Source: Macrostomum hystrix (Eukaryota > Animalia > Platyhelminthes). From it: DNA of 64,000 nt. This document shows, piece by piece, positions 11,601 through 24,050 of this stretch; within the stretch, counting starts at the first letter, position 1; every line of letters begins with the position of its first letter. Location: NCBI GenBank assembly GCA_950097015.1, contig CATNEN010000029.1, positions 7,750,001 to 7,814,000 of the forward strand, given 5' to 3'. The translations under genes and the position numbers were made by a program. Below the pieces are notes generated by a model, which made no database searches, was not told the DNA's origin, and was given only the letters and a program-made list of their open reading frames with translations.

Positions 11601-14600
11601 TTGGGTTCTCAGATCCTCAGATTGAGTTCTCAGATCCTCAGATCCTCAGATTGGGTTCTCAGATCCTCAGATCCTCAGATTGGGTTCTCAGATCCTCAGA
11701 TCCTCAGATTAGGTTCTCAGATCCTCAGATCCTCAGATTAGGTTCTCAGATCCTCAGATTGGGTTCTCATATTCTTAGATTGGGTTCTCAGATCCTCAGA
11801 TTGGGTTCTCAGATCCTCAGATTGGGTTCTCAGATCCTCAGATTGGGTTCTCAGATCCTCAGATTGGGTTCTCAGATCCTCAGATTGGGTTCTCAGATCC
11901 TCAGATTGGGTTCTCAGATCCTCAGATTGGGTTCTCAGATCCTCAGATTGGGTTCTCAGATCCTCTGATTTCTAAGATCCTCAGAAGATTGTGTTCCCTG
12001 ATCTGGCCCTAAGAGCTCTGGGATCTTCAGAATTATATTGCCAACCCCTGAGGTTAATCTGTTAATTACCCAAATCCCTTTGTCTGTCTGGCTTTTACCT
12101 GGCCTATTCATTCATAATAAGTAAATTTTTCGTCTGAGTGAGTGAAGTGAGCAGTCGTTAATTCCACTTGATTCTCAATGACCACAGTCTTCAAGCTATT
12201 GGGATTTCTTGACCTATTGTTTCCCAGCAGCGCTCATCCATCATGTCTGAAAATAATCCCGCTACTTCAAGAGAAAAGCCCCAGGCCGCAGGGTCACCTT
12301 TCAAGCATTAATTGATTCCTTTTTACCCCTAAGTAGCCATCGATGTGGCTCAAGCAAACGAGTCCCCTGTCCACTTCTAGTTGCTAGGCAACTACTGGCT
12401 TAGTTAGCCTCGCTTAGCTCAGATTTTTATTGAAATTCAAATCCTTCAGCGCTGCAGCTGCTGGGGCGCATTAATTTTTTTGCATTCTGCCCCGACTGCC
12501 ACGGGGACAAGGACCTACTGAAGGCCTCCGCCCGCCGGATCCAGCCTCCCAGAACCCGGAAGGTCCCGCGTATTCTCCACTTCTCCCCTACCCAAGAGCT
12601 TGTTTGAGCACGGCCAGACATTGGGGCGGGGCGGCAGACTTAAGCCGGATGGCGCCGACTTAGTAGACGAATGCTTAACAGTAGGACTACCAAGCCATTT
12701 TGCCGCCCGTTTTTATACCAAGGGGAGGGGGAATTCCCCCCCTGAAAATGTTTTTGCCAGCGCCTGAATGTTTTGGGGGTGACTGATTGGTTGACAGACT
12801 AGTCGAGGGTGTCCTGTGGTTGAGCTGCGCCTCGTAGTTAGGCTTGAACAGTGAAATCGGAGAAATCGAGCCCCCTTGGTAGTTCTACTGTTAAGATGAT
12901 GACAGGCACACCTAGGTAGTTCTACTGTTAAGATGATGACAGGCACACCTAGGTAGTTCTACTGTTAAGATGATGACAGGCACACCTTGGTAGTTCTACT
13001 GTTAAGATGATGACAGGCACACCTTGGTAGTTCTACTGTTAAGATGATGACAGGCACACCTTGGTAGTTCTACTGTTAAGATGATGACAGGCACACGTAG
13101 GTAGTTCTACTGTTAAGATGATGACAGGCACACGTAGGTAGTTCTACTGTTAAGATGATGACAGGCACACCTTGGTAGTTCTACTGTTAAGATGATGACA
13201 GGCACACCTTGGTAGTTCTACTGTTAAGATGATGACAGGCACACCTAGGTAGTTCTACTGTTAAGATGATGACAGGCACACGTAGGTAGTTCTACTGTTA
13301 AGATGATGACAGGCACACCTTGGTAGTTCTACTGTTAAGATGATGACAGGCACACCTTGGTAGTTCTACTGTTAAGATGATGACAGGCACACCTAGGTAG
13401 TTCTACTGTTAAGATGATGACAGGCACACCTTGGTAGTTCTACTGTTAAGATGATGACAGGCACACCTAGGTAGTTCTACTGTTAAGATGATGACAGGCA
13501 CACCTTGGTAGTTCTACTGTTAAGATGATGACAGGCACACTTTGGCGCGTTTTGTATGCCGATTTTTTTTATATTCTCAAATTCTCATTGGCACACTGTC
13601 TTCTTCATCCCAATCCTGTATCTGATATCCTCTGACAATCATTTTTACCTGCACACAGATGTATTTCTATACGTAGGCAATCTAGAATTCATTCAGCTTT
13701 TCTGCTTGGCAAAGCTTACACTGCGTATCGAAATTTGCGTCTCAGATTACTCAAAGAAATAATTTTGATACTTCATCGAGAGCTTCAATTTATCTGTCCG
13801 GCTTCTCCTAAATGGGTGGACTTGGTTACCGGATAGAATAGGAGCTCAGTGGATAGACTGGGAGCTCAGTGGATAGACTGGGAGCTGAGTGGATAGACTG
13901 GCAGCTCAGTGGGTAGACTGGCAGCTCAGTGGATAGACTGGGAGCTCAGTGGATAGACTGGCAGCTCAGTGGATAGACTGGCAGCTCAGTGGGTAGACTG
14001 GCAGCTCAGTGGATAGACTGGGAGCTCAGTGGATAGACTGGCAGCTCAGTGGGTAGACTGGCTGCTCAGTGGACAGAATTTAGGCATAGATAAATGTTTT
14101 TTTAGTGGCTGATCTGAGTTACCATGAACTAGCATTTTTTACTCTAGGACATCCTTCGTTTGCCCAAGTATTCGCTTGCCTGAGGTTAGGCTAGATTTTT
14201 TCATCCTTAATCCCTCAGCGACATTTTCCCAGCGCTTCGGGGTACTTTCAGGCGAACGGCGTCTCGTGACACGGCCGGGAATTAGAATGGGAAGACGAAG
14301 AAAAACACCTTCTTAGGCGAGCGCGAATTTCCCATGTGACCTCCTCGGCTTGCCGCCGTTATAGTAGCCCCTGGGTCCCATTGCGGTGGGAAAGTGTGCC
14401 GCCTGTTAATGAGCATTTTAGACTTTGGAGCAGGATTGGGGCAGAACTATAGCTTGTCTCTGTCCGCTCCTCATCCTCCTTCTTCTGGAGAGCGGTCCGG
14501 CTTATGACTAATGAGCCGCTGTCTCACCCTCCCTGTCTCGCTCTCAATCTCCTTAATGCAATCTGGCTTAAACGTGTAGGGTGTGCGATGTGTTCGGGGT

Positions 14601-17600
14601 CGGCAAACGCCTTCCTTAGAGCCCCTAAATAGCGCTTCATAGGCCTTTTTAACATGTACTCTTGTCTCATCTCTGCATCTCGTCTCTTCCCGTATCATAT
14701 ATTCACCTGTCTATATCTTCCCTGCCTTATCACTCCCCTGTCGCATCTCTTACCTGTCTCATCTCTCCCTGTCTTCTCATCTCTCCCCTGTCTCATCTCT
14801 CCCCTGTCTCATCTCTCCCTGTCTTATCTCTCCCCTTTCTCATCTCTCCCTGTCTCATCTCTCCCCTGTCTCATCTCTCCCTGTCTCATCTCTACCCTGT
14901 CTCATCTCTCCCTGTCCTCACTGTCTCATCTCTCCCTGTCTCACCTCTCCCCTGTCTCATCTCTCCCTGTCTCACCTCTCCCCTGTCTCGTGTCTCCCCT
15001 GTCTCGTCACTCCCCTGTCTCATCTCTCCCTGCCTTATCTCTCCCCTGTCTCATCTCTTCCCCTGTCTCATATCACCTGTCTCATCTCTCCCTGTCTCAT
15101 CTCTCCCCTGTCTAATGTCCCCCCTGTCTCATCTCCCCCCTGTCTCATCTCTCCCCTGTCTCATCTCTCATCTCTCCCCTGTCTCGTCTCTCCCTGTCCT
15201 CACTGTCTCATCTCTCCCCTGTCTCATCTCTCCCCTGTCTCATCTCTCCCCTGTCTCATCTCCCCCGTCTCATCTCTCATCTCTCCCCTGTCTCATCTCT
15301 CCCCTGTCTCATCTCTCCCCTGTCTCGTCACTCCCCTGTCTCATCTCTCCCTGCCTTATCCCCCCCTTGTCTCATCTCCCCCCTGTCTCATCTCTCCGCT
15401 GTTTCATCTCTCCCCTGTCTTACTTTCGCTGTCTCATCTCTCCCTTGTCTTACTTTCGCTGTCTCATCTCTCCCTGTCTCATCTCTCCACTGTCTTATCT
15501 TTTCCCCTGTCTCATCCCTTCCGTGTCTTCTCTCTGTCAATCTGGCCCGCTATCGTACTTTGGATTCTGGGCTCATACTATAAAGCTTTTGTAAGATGAT
15601 TTATATCTTGTTTTTAGCTCCTATTACGGCTGTGTAAATTTCAACCCTTTTAGTTCGTGTTTTGGTATATTTCTTTAAAATATTAAGAACTATTAAAATG
15701 AGTACACGCAGTAGGCAATCCGAGAATTTTGTTGTAATTAATCATTATTATATTTCGGCATGGCTGCAGCCTATTGGCTGTGCTACTCTACACTCGGAAG
15801 GAAAATGTTTCCGCAAGCAATTCATCTCCCAATGTCACTGGAATTATTATATACAGTTTCGGGAGAAGCCGGAATATTTCTGCCAAAAAAAATTACTTCC
15901 TGTTTCCATGTCCCATTCCGTCTAGCTTAGTAGCCGAAACTCAGAGAAGAAATGTAGCCGTACTGCTTATGTAGATTTGTATTAGAGTGAATCAATAGCA
16001 CTAGTATTCCTTCTGCTGCCAGCTGTCTCTTCTATTTTCTCTATTTTTTATTTTACTCTCCGTCTAGCCGACGTCAACACTTTCTGCATGGGTGGAGGGT
16101 GGGGCTGGAGGCGAGGCTCCATAGCAAAGCCAAATGAATACGGCTATTAGGGAAGAAATCTTACACTAGTAAGACTATAGTAAGACCTTTCAATAAGCAT
16201 TTTGCAAGGTGGGGATGAGGTAGGATGGGGAAGGCTCAACAAAACAAAAGTGCAGAGGAGCGCGGCGATGAAATAAAAGGCGGCTGTTAGCATTCGACAA
16301 CAGACCGATGATAGTAAAGAAGAAATAGCAACTATGTGCTTGTTGATCTGACACGCCTGAAACACTCCCCTCCCTCTCCGTTGCTACCGCAATTTCCGCA
16401 TTTCTTACGGATGATTGTTCCATCTTCGTCAGACCAGGCGCAATCGATTATTTTCCAGCACCTCGCCCAGTCCGCTGATGTAAGCGATGCTTTCGCTGGA
16501 TCCGCCTCAGCGGTTGCGACTGCGGCGGCAGACGACTCGGACCGGCTAGTGCTGAATCTGGACATTCCGCTGGCCGACGCAGCCGCGGGCAGCCTGGGCG
16601 TCAGCGTGAAATCGATGCCACTGGGGTCAATATCGAGGTCAAACGCTGGCGTCAGCAGCGTCGGCAACTCGTCATCGTCATCCGGCACGGGTCATGGCGT
16701 CTTCGTTAAGAGTGTCATCCACGGTGGCGCAGCTTATAAGGTTTGGTGTGCGAGATGGCGAGGCATTTGACTCTAAAGTAGAAAGACCACGCTATTTCCT
16801 CCCCCTGGGTAAAGACCACGCTATTTCCTCCCCTGGGGAAAGACCACGCTATTTCCTCCCCTGGGGAAAGACCACGCTATTTCCTCCCCTGGGGAAAGAC
16901 CACGCTATTTCCTCCCCTGGGGAAAGACCACGCTATTTCCTCCCCCTGGGTAAAGACCACGCTATTTCCTCCCCCTGGGTAAAGACCACGCTATTTCCTC
17001 CCCCTGGGTAAAGACCACGCTATTTCCTCCCCCTGGGGAAAGACCACGCTATTTCCTCCCCCTGGGGAAAGACCACGCTATTTCCTCCCCCTGGGTAAAG
17101 ACCACGCTATTTCCTCCCCCTGGGGAAAGACCACGCTATTTCCTCCCCCTGGGGAAAGACCACGCTATTTCCTCCCCCTGGGGAAAGACCACGCTATTTC
17201 CTCCCCCCTGGGGAAAGACCACGCTATTTCCTCCCCCCTGGGGAAAGACCACGCTATTTCCTCCCCCTGGGGAAAGACCACGCTATTTACTCCCCTTGGG
17301 GAAAGACCACGCTATTTCCTCCCCCCTGGTGAAAGACCACGCTATTTCCTCCCCCTGGGTAAAGACCACGCTATTTCCTCCCCTGGGGAAAGACCACGCT
17401 ATTTCCTCCCCTGGGGAAAGACCACGCTATTTCCTCCCCTGGGGAAAGACCACGCTATTTCCTCCCCTGGGGAAAGACCACGCTATTTCCTCCTCCTGGT
17501 GAAAGACCACGCTATTTCCGCTATTTCCGTCAGGACGGCCGACTGCACGAAAACGACCAACTGTTGTCAGTCAATGGCTACTCTCTAGAAGGCGTTGACA

Positions 17601-20600
17601 ATGTCGCGGCGACTATTACGCTGCGTCGAGCTATTCGCGAATGCGGTGGACCCGGAGGCTGCCTCCGGCTGGCCATTGCTAGGCGGCAGCCCAAGCAGCA
17701 GCAGCAGCAGCACAAACGCGCGAATCACCGGCAGCAAGATTCGAACTCTGGTGGGTGGCCGCCGGCACCCAGCACTAACACGGTTAGCAGTGTTGGCAGC
17801 AGCAGCAGCGTCACAGTCAGCGCCGATGTTCATCATTCTCCGCCTCTGCTGCCCGCCTTGGATGAGGCCCGCCCGCCGGCCGCCTCCGCTTCGGCCTCTG
17901 CCTCCGCATCAAGCGACGAAAATAATCTACCACAGTCGCATTGTTTACAACAGCAGCCAGAGCCACATCAGCAGCAGCAGCAGCAACAACAACAACGGCA
18001 GCAACCGCCTCCGCTGCCTCCAGTGAGTTTTTTTTACCTGTTAAAATTACAATGAACATGTATTTATATACGCGTATTGACCTGTCGAGGGCTCGCTTGA
18101 TGACAAAATCGTGAATTCTCAGTTTGTAGAATTTAATAACAATTTTATATCTTGCTGGTGAGTATCTTTGTCACTCAAAAAGCTAATTAGAAACAAAATG
18201 GCCAGCACCTGAAATCTGACTTTCTCACCAAATCAATTCCTTCTCCATTCCCTGGCGGGGAAGAGAAAAAAATAGGGCCAATTATCCTCTCAGATAGGAA
18301 GCAGAAGACTAGGTGTTGCTGCTCAGTACAAGCTAGCAGCGACACCTGGACTAAATTAGCAAACACACGCGGCAGTAACTGGGCATTCGGCACGCCTGTT
18401 GAGAGAGGAATGGGAAAGCTGCAAGGCTGACGATCCCTTTGCGCCACCACCTCACCGCCCCGCTAGTCAATCCCCAATTCCCTCCCATCTCGGGACTTGC
18501 ACCATCCAGTCACAATAGAGCCTTTCTTGGGCTCTGATTAGGGCTGAGCTGGCTGGGTAGGGGGAAAGGGGGCTTGTTTCCTGACCTAATTTGATAATCC
18601 CTGCATGGACGGTGCTTAAAAATGCGGCCTTATAGCCTTAGGCTTATTTTATCCCGCTCATAGCTATTCAGCATCTGCTGGGGTTGACCGTGTGATTAAA
18701 TAAGGCAACAATGCGACAGTGCAGCCAGCTGGATTTGAGTTTTCTCCGCTCTCTTGTCAAATGATTGCGTGTTCGTCCGGGCCTGCTCATGCCCCGGTCA
18801 GAGTTTGCATCTCAATCATTCTCAAGCCTGACAGTCTGGGGCTTCACCTGGGAATCGTGATCAACAAGCTCAACCGATTGAGCTTGTTTACAACACTGCT
18901 CACACTGCTCACTTTCCATTGCTGTGTGATTCTGAGACTGCTCACTTTCCATTGCTGTGTGATTCTGAGACTGCTCACTTTCCATTGCTGTGTGATTCTG
19001 AGACTGCTCACTTTCCATTGCTGTGTGATTCTGAGACTGCTAACTTTCCATTGCTGTGTGATTCTGAGACTGCTCACTTTCCATTGCTGTGTGATTCTGA
19101 GACTGCTCACTTTCCATTGCTGTGTGATTCTGAGACTGCTCACTTTCCATTGCTGTGTGATTCTGAGACTGCTCACTTTCCATTGCTGTGTGATTCTGAG
19201 ACTGCTCACTTTCCATTGCTGTGTGATTCTGAGACTGCTCACTTTCCATTGCTGTGTGATTCTGAGACTGCTCACTTTCCATTGCTGTGTGATTCTGAGA
19301 CTGCTCACTTTCCATTGCTGTGTGATTCTGAGACTTCTCACTTTCCATTGCTGTGTGATTCTGAGACTGCTCACTTTCCATTGCTGTGTGATTCTGAGAC
19401 TGCTCACTTTCCATTGCTGTGTGATTCTGAGACTGCTCACTTTCCATTGCTGTGTGATTCTGAGACTGCTCACTTTCCATTGCTGTGTGATTCTGAGACT
19501 GCTCACTTTCCATTGCTGTGTGATTCTGAGACTGCTCACTTTCCATTGCTGTGTGATTCTGAGACTGCTAACTTTCCATTGCTGTGTGATTCTGAGACTG
19601 CTCACTTTCCATTGCTGTGTGATTCTGAGACTGCTCACTTTCCATTGCTGTGTGATTCTGAGACTGCTCACTTTCCATTGCTGTGTGATTCTGAGACTGC
19701 TAACTTTCCATTGCTGTGTGATTCTGAGACTGCTCACTTTCCATTGCTGTGTGATTCTGAGACTGCTCAGTCTTCATTGGGTAGAGATTCTGAGATGGCA
19801 CGGAAGGTCGAGTTGTTGTGACTTCTGCCTTGTCATGCTCTGTCTTCTCTTTCTCTGGCTTGCAACTTTGGAGAGGACTGCTCGAGATATTTATATTATT
19901 TTATTACTTTATTTAGCAAAATACAAAAACTACTTTATTTATTTGCATGAGGATTACTATAATATAATACCATTATAAAAAATCTGCATATTTATTCTGA
20001 TCGTGTAAGGAAGGAATTTAATAGTTTTCTTTCTGTTTAGCTTCCTGCATTTTATCTTTCATGTAAACTAATTAGCTTAACACACTACTTCCAGTCTCCT
20101 TTAAGTAGTAAGCGCTAAATTTTTCTCACTCTTTCAGAGGCTTTCATCGTTTGCGCGTCGATCTTAAAATCTGGCAACGTAGTTGAGAAATTTGCAGCAG
20201 AAATGATAAATTCATGAACAGCAGAAACTCATAAGTATATTATTATAGGTAAATAATGCATCTGTTAACCGAGAATATTCATCATTTTCAAAGAGCGGCT
20301 ATTTTTAGGCTGCCTTGGTTGGACTAATCTGCATCAATAATTGGCTTGTGTAGAACAAAATAAGCCGAAAAATAATTAACACTTTCGTGATTGATTTAAC
20401 CCAGGGTCTGCAGGTCTGCACTCTGCTGTACAGTTGCATTGTTTATTACCGGCCGCAGTCTGGCATGCGAATTGGCCGCTGCATTGGTGTGCTTGATTTT
20501 TATCGCATTCGCCGCTTTAGCCTACTCATAGGGGCAGAGGGCGCGTTTTTTCGCATGATCTACAGAAATGCATAAACTTTTACCACAACTGCTTCCTTGA

Positions 20601-23600
20601 TTGATATGATTCAAATTTAGCTGGTGAAGGCACAGAGTATTGTGGATTTTGAGGAATCAATTGACAGTCGAAAGGCCACGCTATTTCCTCCCCCTGGGGA
20701 AGGACCACGCTATTTCCTCCCCCTGGGGAAAGACCACGCTATTTCCGCCCCCTGGGGAAAGACCACGCTATTTCCTCCCTCTGGGGAAAGACCACGCTAT
20801 TTCCTCCCCCTGGGGAAAGACCACGCTATTTCCTCCCCCTGGGGAAAGACCACGCTATTTCCTCCCCCTGGGGAAAGACCACGCTATTCCACGCTATTTC
20901 CTCCCCCTGGGGAAAGACCACGCTACTTCCTCCCCCCCTGGGGAAGGACCACGGGGTATTGGAATACCGACTTGCCTACTTCACGATAGGTCCCAAACCG
21001 AATGACTGATTTTCGTCTAAGTCCACAATATGGATCAATTTCTCCACCCTCTATTCGGTGAACTAATTTTCAAAGCCGTCCGAATCAGCATCGTCGAGAT
21101 ATTCAGCTACTCTTGTCGAAGACCCTGGTGACCAGGGACAACTAACATTGGTATTTAAAAACTTCTATGGCCAATCCAAATTGGTTCAGAAGTGAAAAAA
21201 TGCCATTACAATGAATGCAATAGTCAACAAAAATAGCCGACATAATTGCACGATGACATTTTGTGAGCAGAAAACATATGACTATATATTTAGTTCTTGC
21301 CACCAGACACTCCGACAAGAATCTTTGAATATCTCGATTATGCCAGTATTTTATGATTCTGGAAGATATTTAATCGGATGGAGCGGAAAATTTTAGCCCG
21401 TCTTCTGAATTTTCAAGGCGATCGTTTGAATATTTTGGGAGATAAAAATACTGTTAAAACAAAAGAAGTACACTATCGCCAGGACATCATCGGCGATTTT
21501 CGCCGTTTCGCCAACGACGCGCTGCCTCCGACGCCTGCGATCCGATCTGCTAACCAGTCGCCACCGCCGCCGCCGCCGCCGCGAGCTCCGCCAGTGGCTT
21601 CGTCGTCGACTTCGCCAATAATAACGATAGCTGACGCGGTCGCCGCCGCCGCTGCTGCCGCAGCCGCAGCCGCCTCCGTCGCAGAAGCCGTTTCACGCAG
21701 GACACGCGAAGACGCGGCTGGTACAAAGCGTCGATCCTGCTCCCTGTTGCTACTATTGCTAGACGACAGGCAGAAAATGACAAATCGGAATGGCAGGTAA
21801 AATGACCAGCTTAAGGCTTTGTTAGTTGGTCTGGCATCAGGCTGTCCTGCTGTTTAACATTTGTTTTTTATCGGTCGCTAAAAATGATTAAGTGCTCGAT
21901 GTTTTTCCGCTTCCTCAAAACAGTGCCTCAACATATAAATGTACATCACCAGCAGCAGCAGCAGCAGCAGCAGCTGTCAGTCCGGCATCCTCCGAGTCCA
22001 GCGTAGTCCAGCTGCGCAGTCATCATAATCGGCCAACCGCCATGCGTCGCTCCGCCTCAGCAGCAGACATCTACAGCGAAGTCGATGGCGCCGGCGCGGG
22101 CGCGGAAGCTGGTGCGCAGACCTTCGCAGCTGCGCCTGCGGCGGCGACTGCCTTCAGTGGCGATTTGCCCCTCTACCTCTGCACTGGTGTGTTAGAGGGG
22201 CAATGCGTCCCATTTTCAACATTTCTCTCCTGTCTTTCCTTCTCTCATCATCTCACAATTTCTCTCCTCTCTCCTCTTCACTCTCATCAATTTTCATTTC
22301 CTCACCAATCTACTTCTCCCCCATCTTACCGGTCTCTCCACTCAATTTCTCTTCCGAATCTCACCTTTATTCTCCTCTTTCAGTCTTATCTTCTTTGCTT
22401 CTGTCTTCTATTTACTCCACCCTTTTCACTATCTCCTCTCAGATTTTCTCAAATTTTCTTGCCTTTTTATTCGCATAGTTTTCGCAGCTTCAAGCCCGCA
22501 CCCGCCCATCGCTTCAGCGCCAGCTTCTCCGATGCCATCCGGCTGTACAGCCCAGACCCTGACGCCAGTTTTTAGCAGCGGAGGCTGTCAGACAACCAGC
22601 AATCTCTATTACAATGAGAACAACAATGTTGGCTACAATTCATCATCATCCCAGTCCGACCTGTCATCATCGACCTCTTCCTTGACTTCAGCTGCTGCGA
22701 TAGTTAACAAGAAAGTACAGAAGCCGGTTCGCAGCGACAGCGACAATGAACAGTCAGCTGGCGATTATGAGAACACGCCTGGCATTCTCAGAGCTCAGTC
22801 TGGCGGCCTGAACTGCTCAGAACTGAGCCGGCAGGCGGCGCTGCTCAGGGAGCAACGTGCTGAAACAGTGGCGCTGCCGCTGCCGCCAATTCTGCCTCCC
22901 ACCGTGCCTCTGCCCTCTGGCCTGTCTAGGGGACAGCGGCAGCAGCAGCAGCAGCTTCTCCTCTCAACTACACTAGCTCAGCCGCCAAAGCAGCAGGCGC
23001 TACAACAACAACACCAACAGCAGCAGCAGCAGCAGCACACCGCAGGGAAACGGGGATTCCTTCGCGGATTATTTAAGTGCGTATTCAACGATAAAAACGA
23101 TAAATGGTAGAAACTGTCTACGGTAAAAACTTTCTATGGTAGAAACTGTCTATGGTAGAAACTTTCTATGGTAGAAACTGTCTATGGTAGAAACTGTCTA
23201 TGGTAGAAACTGTCTATGATAGAACCATTTATTAAAGCCCATCATTAAATAATAGTAGACTCGCAGCCAGCGAGAGGCAATTCTGCACATTCCGCTGACT
23301 CCTGAGCACACACGCACACAGATGTGACTTTCTCTCCATTCTGCGCGCGTAGATTGCACTACAAGTCCCAAGCCTTCTCTCCGCGACTGCGCGCCAAATG
23401 AATGCGGCCTAGCCTGAGAATCGAGCTCCAGGGACCTTGGTGCGAGAGTCAAACGTGTATGACCGCTCTGCCACTCACCTCCATGAAGAAGAAGGGAGGG
23501 TTTGGCGGGTGTGAAGAGAGGAGAGTGGTGGAACTCTTCAGTTATTTGCTATAGTCGGGTTCATGTTTATTTTGAATTTTAAAGGCTAGGTCGACCCAGC

Positions 23601-24050
23601 CGATCAAAGTCGCAGCATTACCAGCAGCAGCAGCATCAGCAACAGCAGCAGCAACAAGGTTCTCTGCAGCGCAATCAGAGCAACAGCCCCCGCTCCCTGG
23701 CTATCCGTCTGGACAGCTCGGAGGCGCCATCGAATGCCGGCGCAACCAGCTCTGGCCGGGCCTGCCACGTCTGGCTTGTCTCCTCTCAGCCGCCTCCGCC
23801 GCCGCCGTCGCCGCCGCCGCCGCAGCTGCCGCCGCCGCCTCCGCCGCCAGCGCAGCCGACGCCGTTGCCGCCGCCGGCTCAGCCTCCGCCCCCGCCGGCG
23901 CGCTACAGCCCGCATTCGCAGCCGGCGCAGTTCTGCCCGCGCTCTCCAGCAGCTCCTGCAGCCGCCTCCAGCCCTGCAGGCATTGTTGTTGGCGAAGAAC
24001 TGTACGCCACGGTGATCAAGAATAGAAAACTCCAGCATGTCGGCGACTAG
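5698..24050 (+). CDS. par-3: Partitioning-defective 3 (Par-3/Bazooka) polarity scaffold: N-terminal oligomerisation domain plus three PDZ domains, about 1316 aa
   Basis: Exons 5698-5934, 6364-6836, 6923-7760, 16459-16740, 17534-18022, 21483-21796, 21924-22186, 22488-23076, 23585-24050 (3951 nt, all GT-AG, phases consistent). N-terminus MKVTVSFGATKLVVPCG...DGGILDWDDRVADVVDDRE is the Par-3 CR1 signature. PDZ cores: DGRLKPGDRILEING, GLGFSVTAR...DGRLKAGDRLLEVDG, SLGVSVK...IHGGAAYK|DGRLHENDQLLSVNG. C-terminal RGFLRGLFK|LGR and EELYATVIK. Exons 6-8 are less certain than the domain exons. Confidence 0.9.
5959..6320. repeat. 32-bp tandem array (AGAAGAATCTCACCTGTCTGTTTAGGACATTC) x~11 in par-3 intron 1, degenerating rightwards
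   Basis: Period of 32 seen at 5971/6003; later copies diverge. Confidence 0.9.
7851..8861. repeat. 23-bp tandem array (CTGATCCTTCAGTTTATCCCAAA) x~44
   Basis: Directly visible; a variant block (TCTTCTGAT) recurs about 460 bp apart, indicating higher-order duplication. Confidence 0.97.
9289..11101. repeat. 41-bp tandem array (GCTAATCCAACTATTGT[T/A]AGC[C/T]AGATGAAGCAAAGTGGATT) x~44
   Basis: Period of 41 (9331/9372); no unique spacers. Confidence 0.97.
11121..11975. repeat. 21-bp array (TCAGATTGGGTTCTCAGATCC) with interspersed 8-bp TCAGATCC subunits
   Basis: Directly visible; abuts the 41-bp array with only about 20 bp between them. Confidence 0.95.
12878..13540. repeat. 37-bp tandem array (GGTAGTTCTACTGTTAAGATGATGACAGGCACACCTT) x~18
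   Basis: Period of 37 (12901/12938). Confidence 0.97.
13841..14075. repeat. 20-bp tandem array (GGAGCTCAGTGGATAGACTG) x~11
   Basis: Directly visible. Confidence 0.95.
14655..15535. repeat. Degenerate pyrimidine-rich 16-17-bp array (CTGTCTCATCTCTCCC)
   Basis: Directly visible; generates the spurious S/L/P-rich ORFs 14654 and 14662. Confidence 0.9.
16781..17527. repeat. 28-30-bp array (GAAAGACCACGCTATTTCCTCCCCCTGGG) filling par-3 intron 4
   Basis: About 25 copies with variable C-run length; runs up to the acceptor at 17533. Confidence 0.95.
18905..19768. repeat. 33-bp tandem array (CTGCTCACTTTCCATTGCTGTGTGATTCTGAGA) x~26 in par-3 intron 5
   Basis: Period of 33 (18905/18938); a unit length divisible by 3 explains the long repeated ORFs on both strands. 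Confidence 0.97.
20670..20952. repeat. Second locus of the GAAAGACCACGCTATTTCCTCCCCCTGGG array (x~9), par-3 intron 5
   Basis: Same unit and orientation as 16781-17527. Confidence 0.95.
23105..23226. repeat. 16-bp tandem array (TGGTAGAAACTGTCTA) x~7 in par-3 intron 8
   Basis: Directly visible. Confidence 0.9.
23228..23478 (-). mobile_element. tRNA-derived SINE-like element
   Basis: Minus strand GTGGCAGAGCGGTCATACACGTTTGACTCTCGCACCAAGGTCCCTGGAGCTCGATTC has A-box- and B-box-like motifs. A homologous head is at 33724-33775 (+). The body ends near an AATAAA. Confidence 0.55.

Noticed and set aside
11077-17502. LRLGSQI, SLPCLIS and GKDHAISS repeat ORFs
   Set aside because: Translations of intronic tandem arrays with no protein-like complexity.
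18719-19978. Long ORFs (419, 300, 297, 168 aa) across the 33-bp array
   Set aside because: These are stop-free frames of a 33-bp repeat, open on both strands, inside a par-3 intron.
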